NCBI GenBank assembly: GCA_964016885.1 | Contig: OZ024744.1 | Span: forward strand, 8,494,001-8,558,000 | DNA: 64,000 nt | Direction of reading: 5' to 3' | Source of the DNA: Eledone cirrhosa | Lineage: Eukaryota | Shown here: positions 25,082-37,500 of the stretch, in pieces | How the letters are laid out: each line of letters starts with the position of its first letter | Position numbering within the stretch: position 1 is the first letter of the stretch | Program-made: the position numbers and the translations under genes | Notes under the pieces: generated by a model | Told to the model about the DNA's origin: nothing | What the model saw: the letters and a program-made list of their open reading frames with translations, nothing else | Databases searched by the model: none

Positions 25082-28000
25082 TTACATTGAAAGGGGCGGT
25101 GTGGATGGGGTGGAGGTGGTGGGACGGGGCGGTGTTTTGATAGAGATGCCTTCTGACTTTAGTAGGTTTTTACTTTGTATGTAGGTAAGGCGGGTCTTCT
25201 CTATTACTGAGTACCGCCAAAGGTCTCGGTCCAGTGACATTGTCTTGGAGAGGTGTAAGTGTGTGAGGTCGGAATTTATCAGCTCGTCCCATGTTTTTCT
25301 AGGTCTGCCTACTCCGTGGCTACCGTCTATCTTTATTGCCCTGCACTTTGTTATACAGCTGTCGTCTTTCATGCGCATCACGTGACCGTACCAACGTAGC
25401 CTTCTCTCGAGTAAACAACATCTGATCCCTCTTATTTCTAATTTTTTCCTTAGTTCGTTAATGCTTTGCCGTTCACGTATATTACTATTGCACATCCAGC
25501 GGAGCATGCAAGCTTCGTTCCTCTCTAGTGTGCGTATATCCTCTGCACACAATGCCCAGGTCTCACTGCCATGCAGCATTGCTGTTCGTATGCAGGCATC
25601 GTATAACCTGCCTTTCATTTTTAGGGAGAACCCTCTAGCGGCTAATAGTGGTATAAGCTCTCTGAACTTTTTCCATCCAGTTCTGACTCTAGCTACTGTA
25701 CTTTCAGAGCACCCTCCCACACTGCTGATTTTGTCACCCAGGTAACGGAAGCTGTCCACTATTTCTATAGAACCCTCTGTGCAGTTGAAGGAGCTAGTAT
25801 TTTGTGGGCACTTGCTGCTACTTATTGCACCAGAGCACCGGCCACATGTAAAATCTATGTTCTTAGTTAGCTTACCTGTGATCCCACTACATCTTTTATG
25901 CACCCATACTTTGCATTTGGGACATAAAATGGAGTTTCTACCTATGCCTTTCCTACACACTGAGCATGGCCATTTCCCAGATGGGACTGCTGCCTTATTT
26001 TCTTTCCTACAAACTAGAACTTTAGTCTTAGCCAGGTTAATTTTAAGGCCTTTTGATTCTAGGCCGTGCTTCCATGTTTGGAATTTCTTCTCTAGTTCGG
26101 TCATTGATTCAGCTATGAGCGTTAGATCATCTGCGTATAGGAGTTCCCATGGGCAGCCGGTCTTGAACTCCTCTGTTATAGCCTGAAGGGCAATAATAAA
26201 TAGTAGGGGGCTAAGAACAGAGCCCTGATGGACACCAACTTTTACGCTAAACTCTTCACTATATTCGTTGTTAATTCTAACCTTACTGACTGTTTCTTTA
26301 TACATGGCTTGTATAGCTCTCACAAGCCATTCGTCAACACCTAGTTTTCTAAGAGACCACCAGATAATGGAACGGGGGACTCTGTCGAAGGCTTTCTCCA
26401 AGTCGACGAAAGCTAAGTATAGGGGTTTACTTTTAGCTAGGTACTTCTCCTGTAGTTGTCGTACAATGAAAAGAGCGTCTGTGGTACTTTTGCCTGACAC
26501 AAACCCGAACTGCATTTCATCTAGATCAATTCTCTCTCTGATTAGTTGCGCTATTACTTTTTCCGTGACCTTCATGACCTGGTCGATTAATTTAATGCCT
26601 CTATAGTTACTCCTATCTAAGGCATCTCCTTTTCCCTTATAGCAGTTAACGATGATGGTGCTACGCCAGTCCTTCGGAACAACCCCATTCTGTACGACTT
26701 GGTTAACTATCCGGGTGACCATGGTGTGTCCCACCGAACCAGATGCCTTTAGCATCTCAGCAACTATTTCCGAAGGACCAGCCGCCTTACCCGTCTTCAT
26801 ATCTTTGATTGCCTTGCTTATTGTACTATCCTGGACTAACACTGCTGGTCCCTCTATTGGGTCGATGTGGGGGAGACTGTCTTTCTCCCATTTGTTCTCC
26901 TCATTTAGAAGCCTTTCGTAGTGACACTTCCAAGCTACCTTCTTATCAGCGTCGGTGATGGCAAGTATGCCATCATCGTTAAGTACACACTTCTCCCCGA
27001 CAATATCACGGTTTTCCTTGACACTTGCCTGGCAATCCTGAACACCTCACGTTTTTGGTCTTCACGTTGTAGAACATGCTTGAACTTTCTTTCCTCTGCT
27101 TCCCTTCTTGCGAAGTACACTTGTCTCCTAGCTTCCCTCCTGGCCACTTGATAGTCTTCTCTACTTCCCCCATCCCGCCATGCTTTCCAAGCCTGCTTTT
27201 TGGCCTTAATTGACTCCTCCACCTTACTGTTCCACCACCATGTTACTCTCCTCCTACCTACAGGCCTGCTCCAGCCACAGACTTCGTCTGCCGCCGTCAG
27301 CAGGTTTGCTCTCAGGAATTCCCACTGTTCCTCTATATTATACGACTCTAATTGCTCTTCCTTACTGTCGAAAGCGTCAAGTAATATGCTTTGAAATTTA
27401 TTTCTGGCTATGGGGTCCTTTAGCTTCCATATTTTTCTCCTGAGGATAGTCCTCTTCCGCTGTCTAGTACATCTCGTCCTGACTATGAGGTCGCTAATTA
27501 TCAGTCTATGTTGGGAGGTGAATTCTTCATGGGGGTGGGATTTAGTGTTAACAACAGACACTCTGTCACGTCTTCTGGTAAGGATATAATCTACCTGGCT
27601 TGTGTGTTCCCCCGATCTATAGGTGATCAAGTGATTGTCTCGTTTTTTGAAGTTAGTGTTACAGATAGTTAAGTTATTTGCGTCGCAGAATTCCAGGATT
27701 CTGGAGCCTTCCTCATTTCTAGTACCGAACCCATAGCCTCCATGGATTCCGTCATAGCCGTCACAATGTTGTCCAACGTGACCATTTAGGTCGCCTGCAA
27801 TAACTATATAGTCACTGTCGGTTATTTGGGAGGTAGCGAGCATCAGTGTCTCGTAGAATCTGTCTTTTATAGCACCGGGCAGTCCGGATTGTGGTGCGTA
27901 CGCAGATATTACTGTCACCGTAGTTTTATTGAGGACAAGTCTTATTTTAATTATTCTGTCGTTCACTCTATTTACGTCTATTATCTTATCTGCCCACTTT

Positions 28001-28429
28001 TCTGCTACCATGATTCGTACCCCACCCAACCCATTGTCATTTCCCACCCAGAAAAGCTTATAGCATCGTTCTTTACCCACGATGAATCTAGCCGACCCTC
28101 CTCTCCACCTGGTCTCTTGAATACAACAAACATCGACCTCCTTACGTTCAAGCATTTCTACAACCTCGTTAGAGCGACCCTTTAAGGTGCCTACATTCAT
28201 GGTACCAACTCTGAAGTTTTGGATTGCGTTTGGAGGGTGGGAGCGGTGGAGCGCGGGGGGGGGGGTATGGGGTTATGTTAGCCATCCTGGGCCGAAACAA
28301 GGCGGAGTGCTTGCATTCTCGTCCACGAGGTGAATTTGTCTTTATCTTTGGCATTGTCGCTGAGCGTCCACATTTTTCTCTCTTCAACTCTCCAGAATTC
28401 CGTAGTCCATCCATCATATCGAAAAGCAA
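25082..28429 (-). pseudogene. Frameshifted APE-RT ORF of RTE2 (track ORFs 28169-28429, 26935-28200 and 25082-26842 are one gene)
   Basis: APE motifs NVGTL, IQETRW, SAYAP, GDLNGH, DYIL, SQH; RT motifs GVHQGSVLSPLLF and YADD. Adding 1 nt at 27024/27025 restores ARQ(C)VKENRDIVGEKC, colinear with RTE1. Removing 1 nt in or near the G11 run (28255-28265) joins the N-terminal ORF. Confidence 0.88.
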
Positions 28430-28514
28430 CCAGTTAAGCGATATTATGGGCCTCTGACTTATGATTGGTCCACGTAATAATGGTGGTGCGTGGGGGCGGG
28501 TGGCAGGGATGATG

Positions 28515-31500
28515 GGTTGTTAGCGAGAATGTAAGGTTTAAGATAAGATCGCCGTATTTTGGGCATAATTTAACAATAATCGAAAAAAAAGATTTGTTTT
28601 GTTTAAGAAAATACGATAGAGAAAATGCGGTGATAGGGAAAATATGATTTTTAGAGAAAAAATATGATATAGAATGGTGAAAATATGATATAGTGTGAAA
28701 TTAGGACATAGAATAGTGTTGAATGAATGGAATCGAATGGAGAGAAGAATCGAGAAAAATATTTGAACGTATATATTATAGTAGTGTGGTGGTATATATT
28801 ATAGTAGTGTGGTATATATTATATTAGTGTGGTATATATTATAATAGTGTGGTGTATATTATAGTAGTGTAATGGATATTATAGTAGTAGTGTATATTTT
28901 ATAGTAGTGTGGTGGTGTATATTATAGTAATGTGGTATATATTATAGTAGCGTGTTATATATTATAGTAGTGTGGTGGTAAATATTATAGAAGTGTGGTA
29001 TATATTATAGCAGTCTGGTTTATATTATAGTAATGTGGTATATATTATCGTAGCGTGGTGTATATTATAGTAGTGTGGTGTATGTTTCAGTAGTGTTGTG
29101 GTGTATATTATAGTAGCGAGAATGTAAGGTTTAAGATAAGATCGCCGTATTTTGGGCATAATTTAACAATAATCGAAAATACAAGATTTGTTTTGTTTAA
29201 GAAAATACGATAGAGAAAATGTGGTGATAGCGAAAATATGATTTTTAGAGGAAAATTATGATATAGAATGGTGAAAATATGATATAGTGTGAAATTAGGA
29301 CATAGAATAGTGATTGAATGAATGGATTCGAATGGAGAGAAGAATCGAGAAAAAATATGATATAGAATGGTGAAAATATGATATAGTGTGAAATTAGGAC
29401 ATAGAATAGTGATTGAATGAATGGATTCGAATGGAGAGAAGAATCGAGAAAAATATTTGAACGTATATATTATAGTAGTGTGGTGGTATATATTATAGTA
29501 GTGTGGTATATATTATATTAGTGTGGTGTATATTATAGTAGTGTAATGGATATTATAGTAGTAGTGTATATTTTATAGTAGTGTGGTGGTGTATATTATA
29601 GTAATGTGGTATATATTATAGTAGCGTGGTATATATTATAGTAGTGTGGTGGTAAATATTATAGAAGTGTGGTATATAATATAGCAGTCTGGTTTATATT
29701 ATAGTAATGTGGTATATATTATCGTAGCGTGGTATATATTATAGTAGTATGGTGTATGTTTGAGTAGTGTTGTGGTGTATATTATAGTAGCGAGAATGTA
29801 AGGTTTAAGATAAGATCGCCGTATTTTGGGCATAATTTAACAATAATCGAAAATACAAGATTTGTTTTGTTTAAGAAAATACGATAGAGAAAATGCGGTG
29901 ATAGGGAAAATATGATTTTTAGAGGAAAAATATGATATAGAATGGTGAAAATATAATATAGTGTGAAATTAGGACATAGAATAGTGATTGAATGAATGGA
30001 TTCGAATGGAGAGAAGAATCGAGAAAAAATATGATATAGAATGGTGAAAATATGATAAAGTGTGAAATTAGGACATAGAATAGTGATTGAATGAATGGAT
30101 TCGAATGGAGAGAAGAATCGAGAAAAAATACATAGAATGGTGAAAATATGATATAGTGTGAAATGAGGACATAGAATAGTGATTGAATGAATGGATTCGA
30201 ATGGAGAGAAGAATCGAGAAAAATATTTGAACGTATATATTATAGTAGTGTGGTGGTATATATTATAGTAGTGTGGTATATATTATATTAGTGTGGTATA
30301 TATTATATTAGTGTGGTGTATATTATAGTAGTGTAATGGATATTATAGTAGTAGTGTATATTTTATAATAGTGTGGTGGTGTATATTATAGTAATGTGCT
30401 ATATATTATAGTAGCGTGGTATATATTATAGTAGTGTGGTGGTAAATATTATAGAAGTGTGGTATATATTATAGCAGTCTGGTTTATATTATAGTAATGT
30501 GGTATATATTATCGTAGCGTGGTGTATATTATAGTAGTGTGGTGTATGGTTGAGTAGTGTTGTGGTGTATATTATAGTAGCGAGAATGTAAGGTTTAAGA
30601 TAAGATCGCCGTATTTTGGGCATAATTTAACAATAATCGAAAATACAAGATTTGTTTTGTTTAAGAAAATACGATAGAGAAAATGCGGTGATAGGGAAAA
30701 TATGATTTTTAGAGGAAAAATATGATATAGAATGGTGAAAATATGATATAGTGTGAAATTAGGACATAGAATAGTGATTGAATGAATGGATTCGAATGGA
30801 GAGAAGAATCGAGAAAAATATTTGAACGTATATATTATAGTAGTGTGGTGGTATATATTATAGTAGTGTGGTATATATTATATTAGTGTGGTATATATTA
30901 TATTAGTGTGGTGGTAAATATTATAGAAGTGTGGTATATATTATAGCAGTCTGGTTTATATTATAGTAATGTGGTATATATTATCGTAGCGTGGTGTATA
31001 TTATAGTAGTGTGGTGTATGTTTGAGTAGTGTTGTGGTGTATATTATAGTAGTGTGGTGCATATTATTATAGTGTGGTGTATATTAGAGTAGTGTGCTGT
31101 ATATTATAGTAGTGTGGTACATATTATATTTATGTGGTCTATATTATAGTAGTGTGGTTGTTAGCGAGAATGTAACGTTTAAGATAAGATCGCCGTATTT
31201 TGGGCATAATTTAACAATAATCGAAAATACAAGATTTGTTTTGTTTAAGAAAATACGATAGAGAAAATGCGGTGATAGGGAAAATATGATTTTTAGAGGA
31301 AAAATATGATATAGAATGGTGAAAATATGATATAGTGTGAAATTAGGACATAGAATAGTGATTGAATGAATGGATTCGAATGGAGAGAAGAATCGAGAAA
31401 AAATATGATATAGAATGGTGAAAATATGATAAAGTGTGAAATTAGGACATAGAATAGTGATTGAATGAATGGATTCGAATGGAGAGAAGAATCGAGAATA

Positions 31501-34500
31501 AATACATAGAATGGTGAAAATATGATATAGTGTGAAATGAGGACATAGAATAGTGATTGAATGAATGGATTCGAATGGAGAGAAGAATCGAGAAAAATAT
31601 TTGAACGTATATATTATAGTAGTGTGGTGGTATATATTATAGTAGTGTGGTATATATTATATTAGTGTGGTATATATTATATTAGTGTGGTGTATATTAT
31701 AGTAGTGTAATGGATATTATAGTAGTAGTGTATATTTTATAATAGTGTGGTGGTGTATATTATAGTAATGTGGTATATAGTATAGTAGCGTGGTATATAT
31801 TATAGTAGTGTGGTGGTAAATATTATAGAAGTGTGGTATATATTATAGCAGTCTGGTTTATATTATAGTAATGTGGTATATATTATCGTAGCGTGGTGTA
31901 TATTATAGTAGTGTGGTGTATGGTTGAGTAGTGTTGTGGTGTATATTATAGTAGCGAGAATGTAAGGTTTAAGATAAGATCGCCGTATTTTGGGCATAAT
32001 TTAACAATAATCGAAAATACAAGATTTGTTTTGTTTAAGAAAATACGATAGAGAAAATGTGGTGATAGCGAAAATATGATTTTTAGAGGAAAATTATGAT
32101 ATAGAATGGTGAAAATATGATATAGTGTGAAATTAGGACATAGAATAGTGATTGAATGAATGGATTCGAATGGAGAGAAGAATCGAGAAAAAATATGATA
32201 TAGAATGGTGAAAATATGATATAGTGTGAAATTAGGACATAGAATAGTGATTGAATGAATGGATTCGAATGGAGAGAAGAATCGAGAAAAATATTTGAAC
32301 GTATATATTATAGTAGTGTGGTGGTATATATTATAGTAGTGTGGTATATATTATATTAGTGTGGTGTATATTATAGTAGTGTAATGGATATTATAGTAGT
32401 AGTGTATATTTTATAGTAGTGTGGTGGTGTATATTATAGTAATGTGGTATATATTATAGTAGCGTGGTATATATTATAGTAGTGTGGTGGTAAATATTAT
32501 AGAAGTGTGGTATATAATATAGCAGTCTGTTTTATATTATAGTAATGTGGTATATATTATCGTAGCGTGGTATATATTATAGTAGTATGGTGTATGTTTG
32601 AGTAGTGTTGTGGTGTATATTATAGTAGCGAGAATGTAAGGATTAAGATAAGATCGCCGTGTTTTGGGCATAATTTAACAATAATCGAAAATACAAGATT
32701 TGTTTTGTTTAAGAAAATACGATAGAGAAAATGCGGTGATAGGGAAAATATGATTTTTAGAGGAAAAATATGATATAGAATGGTGAAAATATAATATAGT
32801 GTGAAATTAGGACATAGAATAGTGATTGAATGAATGGATTCGAATGGAGAGAAGAATCGAGAAAAAATATGATATAGAATGGTGAAAATATGATAAAGTG
32901 TGAAATTAGGACATAGAATAGTGATTGAATGAATGGATTCGAATGGAGAGAAGAATCGAGAAAAAATACATAGAATGGTGAAAATATGATATAGTGTGAA
33001 ATGAGGACATAGAATAGTGATTGAATGAATGGATTCGAATGGAGAGAAGAATCGAGAAAAATATTTGAACGTATATATTATAGTAGTGTGGTGGTATATA
33101 TTATAGTAGTGTGGTATATATTATATTAGTGTGGTATATATTATATTAGTGTGGTGTATATTATAGTAGTGTAATGGATATTATAGTAGTAGTGTATATT
33201 TTATAATAGTGTGGTGGTGTATATTATAGTAATGTGGTATATATTATAGTAGCGTGGTATATATTATAGTAGTGTGGTGGTAAATATTATAGAAGTGTGG
33301 TATATATTATAGCAGTCTGGTTTATATTATAGTAATGTGGTATATATTATCGTAGCGTGGTGTATATTATAGTAGTGTGGTGTATGGTTGAGTAGTGTTG
33401 TGGTGTATATTATAGTAGCGAGAATGTAAGGTTTAAGATAAGATCGCCGTATTTTGGGCATAATTTAACAATAATCGAAAATACAAGATTTGTTTTGTTT
33501 AAGAAAATACGATAGAGAAAATGCGGTGATAGGGAAAATATGATTTTTAGAGGAAAAATATGATATAGAATGGTGAAAATATGATATAGTGTGAAATTAG
33601 GACATAGAATAGTGATTGAATGAATGGATTCGAATGGAGAGAAGAATCGAGAAAAATATTTGAACGTATATATTATAGTAGTGTGGTGGTATATATTATA
33701 GTAGTGTGGTATATATTATATTAGTGTGGTATATATTATATTAGTGTGGTGTATATTATAGTAGTGTAATGGATATTATAGTAGTAGTATATATTTTATA
33801 GTAGTGTGGTGGTGTATATTATAGTAATGTGGTATATATTATAGTAGCGTGGTATATATTATAGTAGTGTGGTGGTAAATATTATAGAAGTGTGGTATAT
33901 ATTATAGCAGTCTGGTTTATATTATAGTAATGTGGTATATATTATCGTAGCGTGGTGTATATTATAGTAGTGTGGTGTATGTTTGAGTAGTGTTGTGGTG
34001 TATATTATATTAGCGAGAATGTAAGGTTTAAGATAAGATCGCCGTATTTTGGGCATAATTTAACAATAATCGAAAATACAAGATTTGTTTTGTTTAAGAA
34101 AATACGATAGAGAAAATGCGGTGATAGGGAAAATAGGATTTTTAGAGAAAAAATATGATATAGAATGGTGAAAATATGATATAGTGTGAAATTAGGACAT
34201 AGAATAGTGATTGAATGAATGGATTCGAATGGAGAGAAGAATCGAGAAAAATATTTGAACGTATATATTATAGTAGTGTGGTGGTATATATTATAGTAGT
34301 GTGGTATATATTATATTAGTGTGGTATATATTATATTAGTGTGGTGTATATTATAGTAGTGTAATGGATATTATAGTAGTAGTGTATATTTTATAGTAGT
34401 GCGGTGGTGTATATTATAGTAATGTGGTATATTTTATAGTAGCGTGGTATATATTATAGTAGTGTGGTGGTAAATATTATAGAAGTGTGGTATATATTAT

Positions 34501-37500
34501 AGCAGTCTGGTTTATATTATAGTAATGTGGTATATATTATCGTAGCGTGGTGTATATTATAGTAGTGTGGTGTATGTTTGAGTAGTGTTGTGGTGTATAT
34601 TATAGTAGCGAGAATGTAAGGTTTAAGATAAGATCGCCGTATTTTGGGCATAATTTAACAATAATCGAAAATACAAGATTTGTTTTGTTTAAGAAAATAC
34701 GATAGAGAAAATGCGGTGATAGGGAAAATATGATTTTTAGAGGAAAAATATGATATAGAATGGTGAAAATATGATATAGTGTGAAATTAGGACATAGAAT
34801 AGTGATTGAATGAATGGATTCGAATGGAGAGAAGAATCGAGAAAAATATTTGAACGTATATATTATAGTAGTGTGGTGGTATATATTATAGTAGTGTGGT
34901 ATATATTATATTAGTGTGGTATATATTATATTAGTGTGGTGGTAAATATTATAGAAGTGTGGTATATATTATAGCAGTCTGGTTTATATTATAGTAATGT
35001 GGTATATATTATCGTAGCGTGGTGTATATTATAGTAGTGTGGTGTATGTTTGAGTAGTGTTGTGGTGTATATTATAGTAGTGTGGTGCATATTATTATAG
35101 TGTGGTGTATATTAGAGTAGTGTGCTGTATATTATAGTAGTGTGGTACATATTATATTTATGTGGTCTATATTATAGTAGTGTGGTTGTTAGCGAGAATG
35201 TAAGGTTTAAAATAAGATCGCCGTATTTTGGGCATAATTTAACAATAATCGAAAATACAAGATTTGTTTTGTTTAAGAAAATACGATAGAGAAAATGCGG
35301 TGATAGGGAAAATATGATTTTTAGAGGAAAAATATGATATAGAATGGTGAAAATATGATATAGTGTGAAATTAGGACATAGAATAGTGATTGAATGAATG
35401 GATTCGAATGGAGAGAAGAATCGAGAAAAAATATGATATAGAATGGTGAAAATATGATAAAGTGTGAAATTAGGACATAGAATAGTGATTGAATGAATGG
35501 ATTCGAATGGAGAGAAGAATCGAGAATAAATACATAGAATGGTGAAAATATGATATAGTGTGAAATGAGGACATAGAATAGTGATTGAATGAATGGATTC
35601 GAATGGAGAGAAGAATCGAGAAAAATATTTGAACGTATATATTATAGTAGTGTGGTGGTATATATTATAGTAGTGTGGTATATATTATATTAGTGTGGTA
35701 TATATTATATTAGTGTGGTGTATATTATAGTAGTGTAATGGATATTATAGTAGTAGTGTATATTTTATAATAGTGTGGTGGTGTATATTATAGTAATGTG
35801 GTATATATTATAGTAGCGTGGTATATATTATAGTAGTGTGGTGGTAAATATTATAGAAGTGTGGTATATATTATAGCAGTCTGGTTTATATTATAGTAAT
35901 GTGGTATATATTATCGTAGCGTGGTGTATATTATAGTAGTGTGGTGTATGGTTGAGTAGTGTTGTGGTGTATATTATAGTAGCGAGAATGTAAGGTTTAA
36001 GATAAGATCGCCGTATTTTGGGCATAATTTAACAATAATCGAAAATACAAGATTTGTTTTGTTTAAGAAAATACGATAGAGAAAATGCGGTGATAGGGAA
36101 AATATGATTTTTAGAGGAAAAATATGATATAGAATGGTGAAAATATGATATAGTGTGAAATTAGGACATAGAATAGTGATTGAATGAATGGATTCGAATG
36201 GATAGAAGAATCGAGAAAAAATATGATATAGAATGGTGAAAATATGATATAGTGTGAAATTAGGACATAGAATAGTAATTGAATGAATGGATTCGAATGG
36301 AGAGAAGAATCGAGAAAAAATATGATATAGAATGGTGAAAATATGATATAGTGTGAAATTAGGACATAGAATAGTGATTGAATGAATGGATTCGAATGGA
36401 GAGAAGAATCGAGAAAAAATATGATATAGAATGGTGAAAATATGATATAGTGTGAAATTAGGACATAGAATAGCGATTGAATGAATGGATTCGAATGGAG
36501 AGAAGAATCGAGAAAAATATTTGAACGCATATATTATAGTAGTGTGGTGGTATATATTATAGTAGTGTGGTATATATTATATTAGTGTGGTATATATTAT
36601 ATTAGTGTGGTGTATATTATAGTAGTGTAATGGATATTATAGTAGTAGTGTATATTTTATAGTAGTGTGGTGGTGTATATTATAGTAATGTGGTATATTT
36701 TATAGTAGCGTGGTATATATTATAGTAGTGTGGTGGTAAATATTATAGAAGTGTGGTATATATTATAGCAGTCTGGTTTATATTATAGTAATGTGGTATA
36801 TATTATCGTAGCGTGGTGTATATTATAGTAGTGTGGTGTATGTTTGAGTAGTGTTGTGGTGTATATTATAGTAGCGAGAATGTAAGGTTTAAGATAAGAT
36901 CGCCGTATTTTGGGCGTAATTTAACAATAATCGAAAATACAAGATTTGTTTTGTTTAAGAAAATACGATAGAGAAAATGCGGTGATAGGGAAAATATGAT
37001 TTTTAGAGGAAAAATATGATATAGAATGGTGAAAATATGATATAGTGTGAAATTAGGACATAGAATAGTGATTGAATGAATGGATTCGAATGGAGAGAAG
37101 AATCGAGAAAAATATTTGAACGTATATATTATAGTAGTGTGGTGGTATATATTATAGTAGTGCGGTATATATTATATTAGTGTGGTATATATTATATTAG
37201 TGTGGTGGTAAATATTATAGAAGTGTGGTATATATTATAGCAGTCTGGTTTATATTATAGTAATGTGGTATATATTATCGTAGCGTGGTGTATATTATAG
37301 TAGTGTGGTGTATGTTTGAGTAGTGTTGTGGTGTATATTATAGTAGTGTGGTGCATATTATTATAGTGTGGTGTATATTAGAGTAGTGTGCTGTATATTA
37401 TAGTAGTGTGGTACATATTATATTTATGTGGTCTATATTATAGTAGTGTGGTTGTTAGCGAGAATGTAAGGTTTAAGATAAGATCGCCGTATTTTGAGCA

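Larger units (their letters stand above)
24680..28514 (-). mobile_element. RTE-clade non-LTR retrotransposon, near full length (RTE copy 2, different subfamily)
   Basis: (CAT)n tail 24680-24695, 3'UTR with a ~112-bp duplication, complete APE+RT coding region, short GC-rich 5' region. Only a 3-bp GGT flank duplication (24677-79/28515-17). Confidence 0.95.

Noticed and set aside
24719-28457. Plus-strand ORFs over RTE2
   Set aside because: Antisense shadows or UTR-duplication frames with no recognisable domains.
28518-28660. Array head as an LTR (starts TGTTAG) or Helitron end
   Set aside because: No matching CA terminus, PBS/PPT, CTRR end or convincing GC-rich hairpin was found; left unclassified.
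29320-29350. CENP-B-box-like motif around ATTCGAATGG
   Set aside because: Only TTCG matches; the A..CGGG part of the box is absent.
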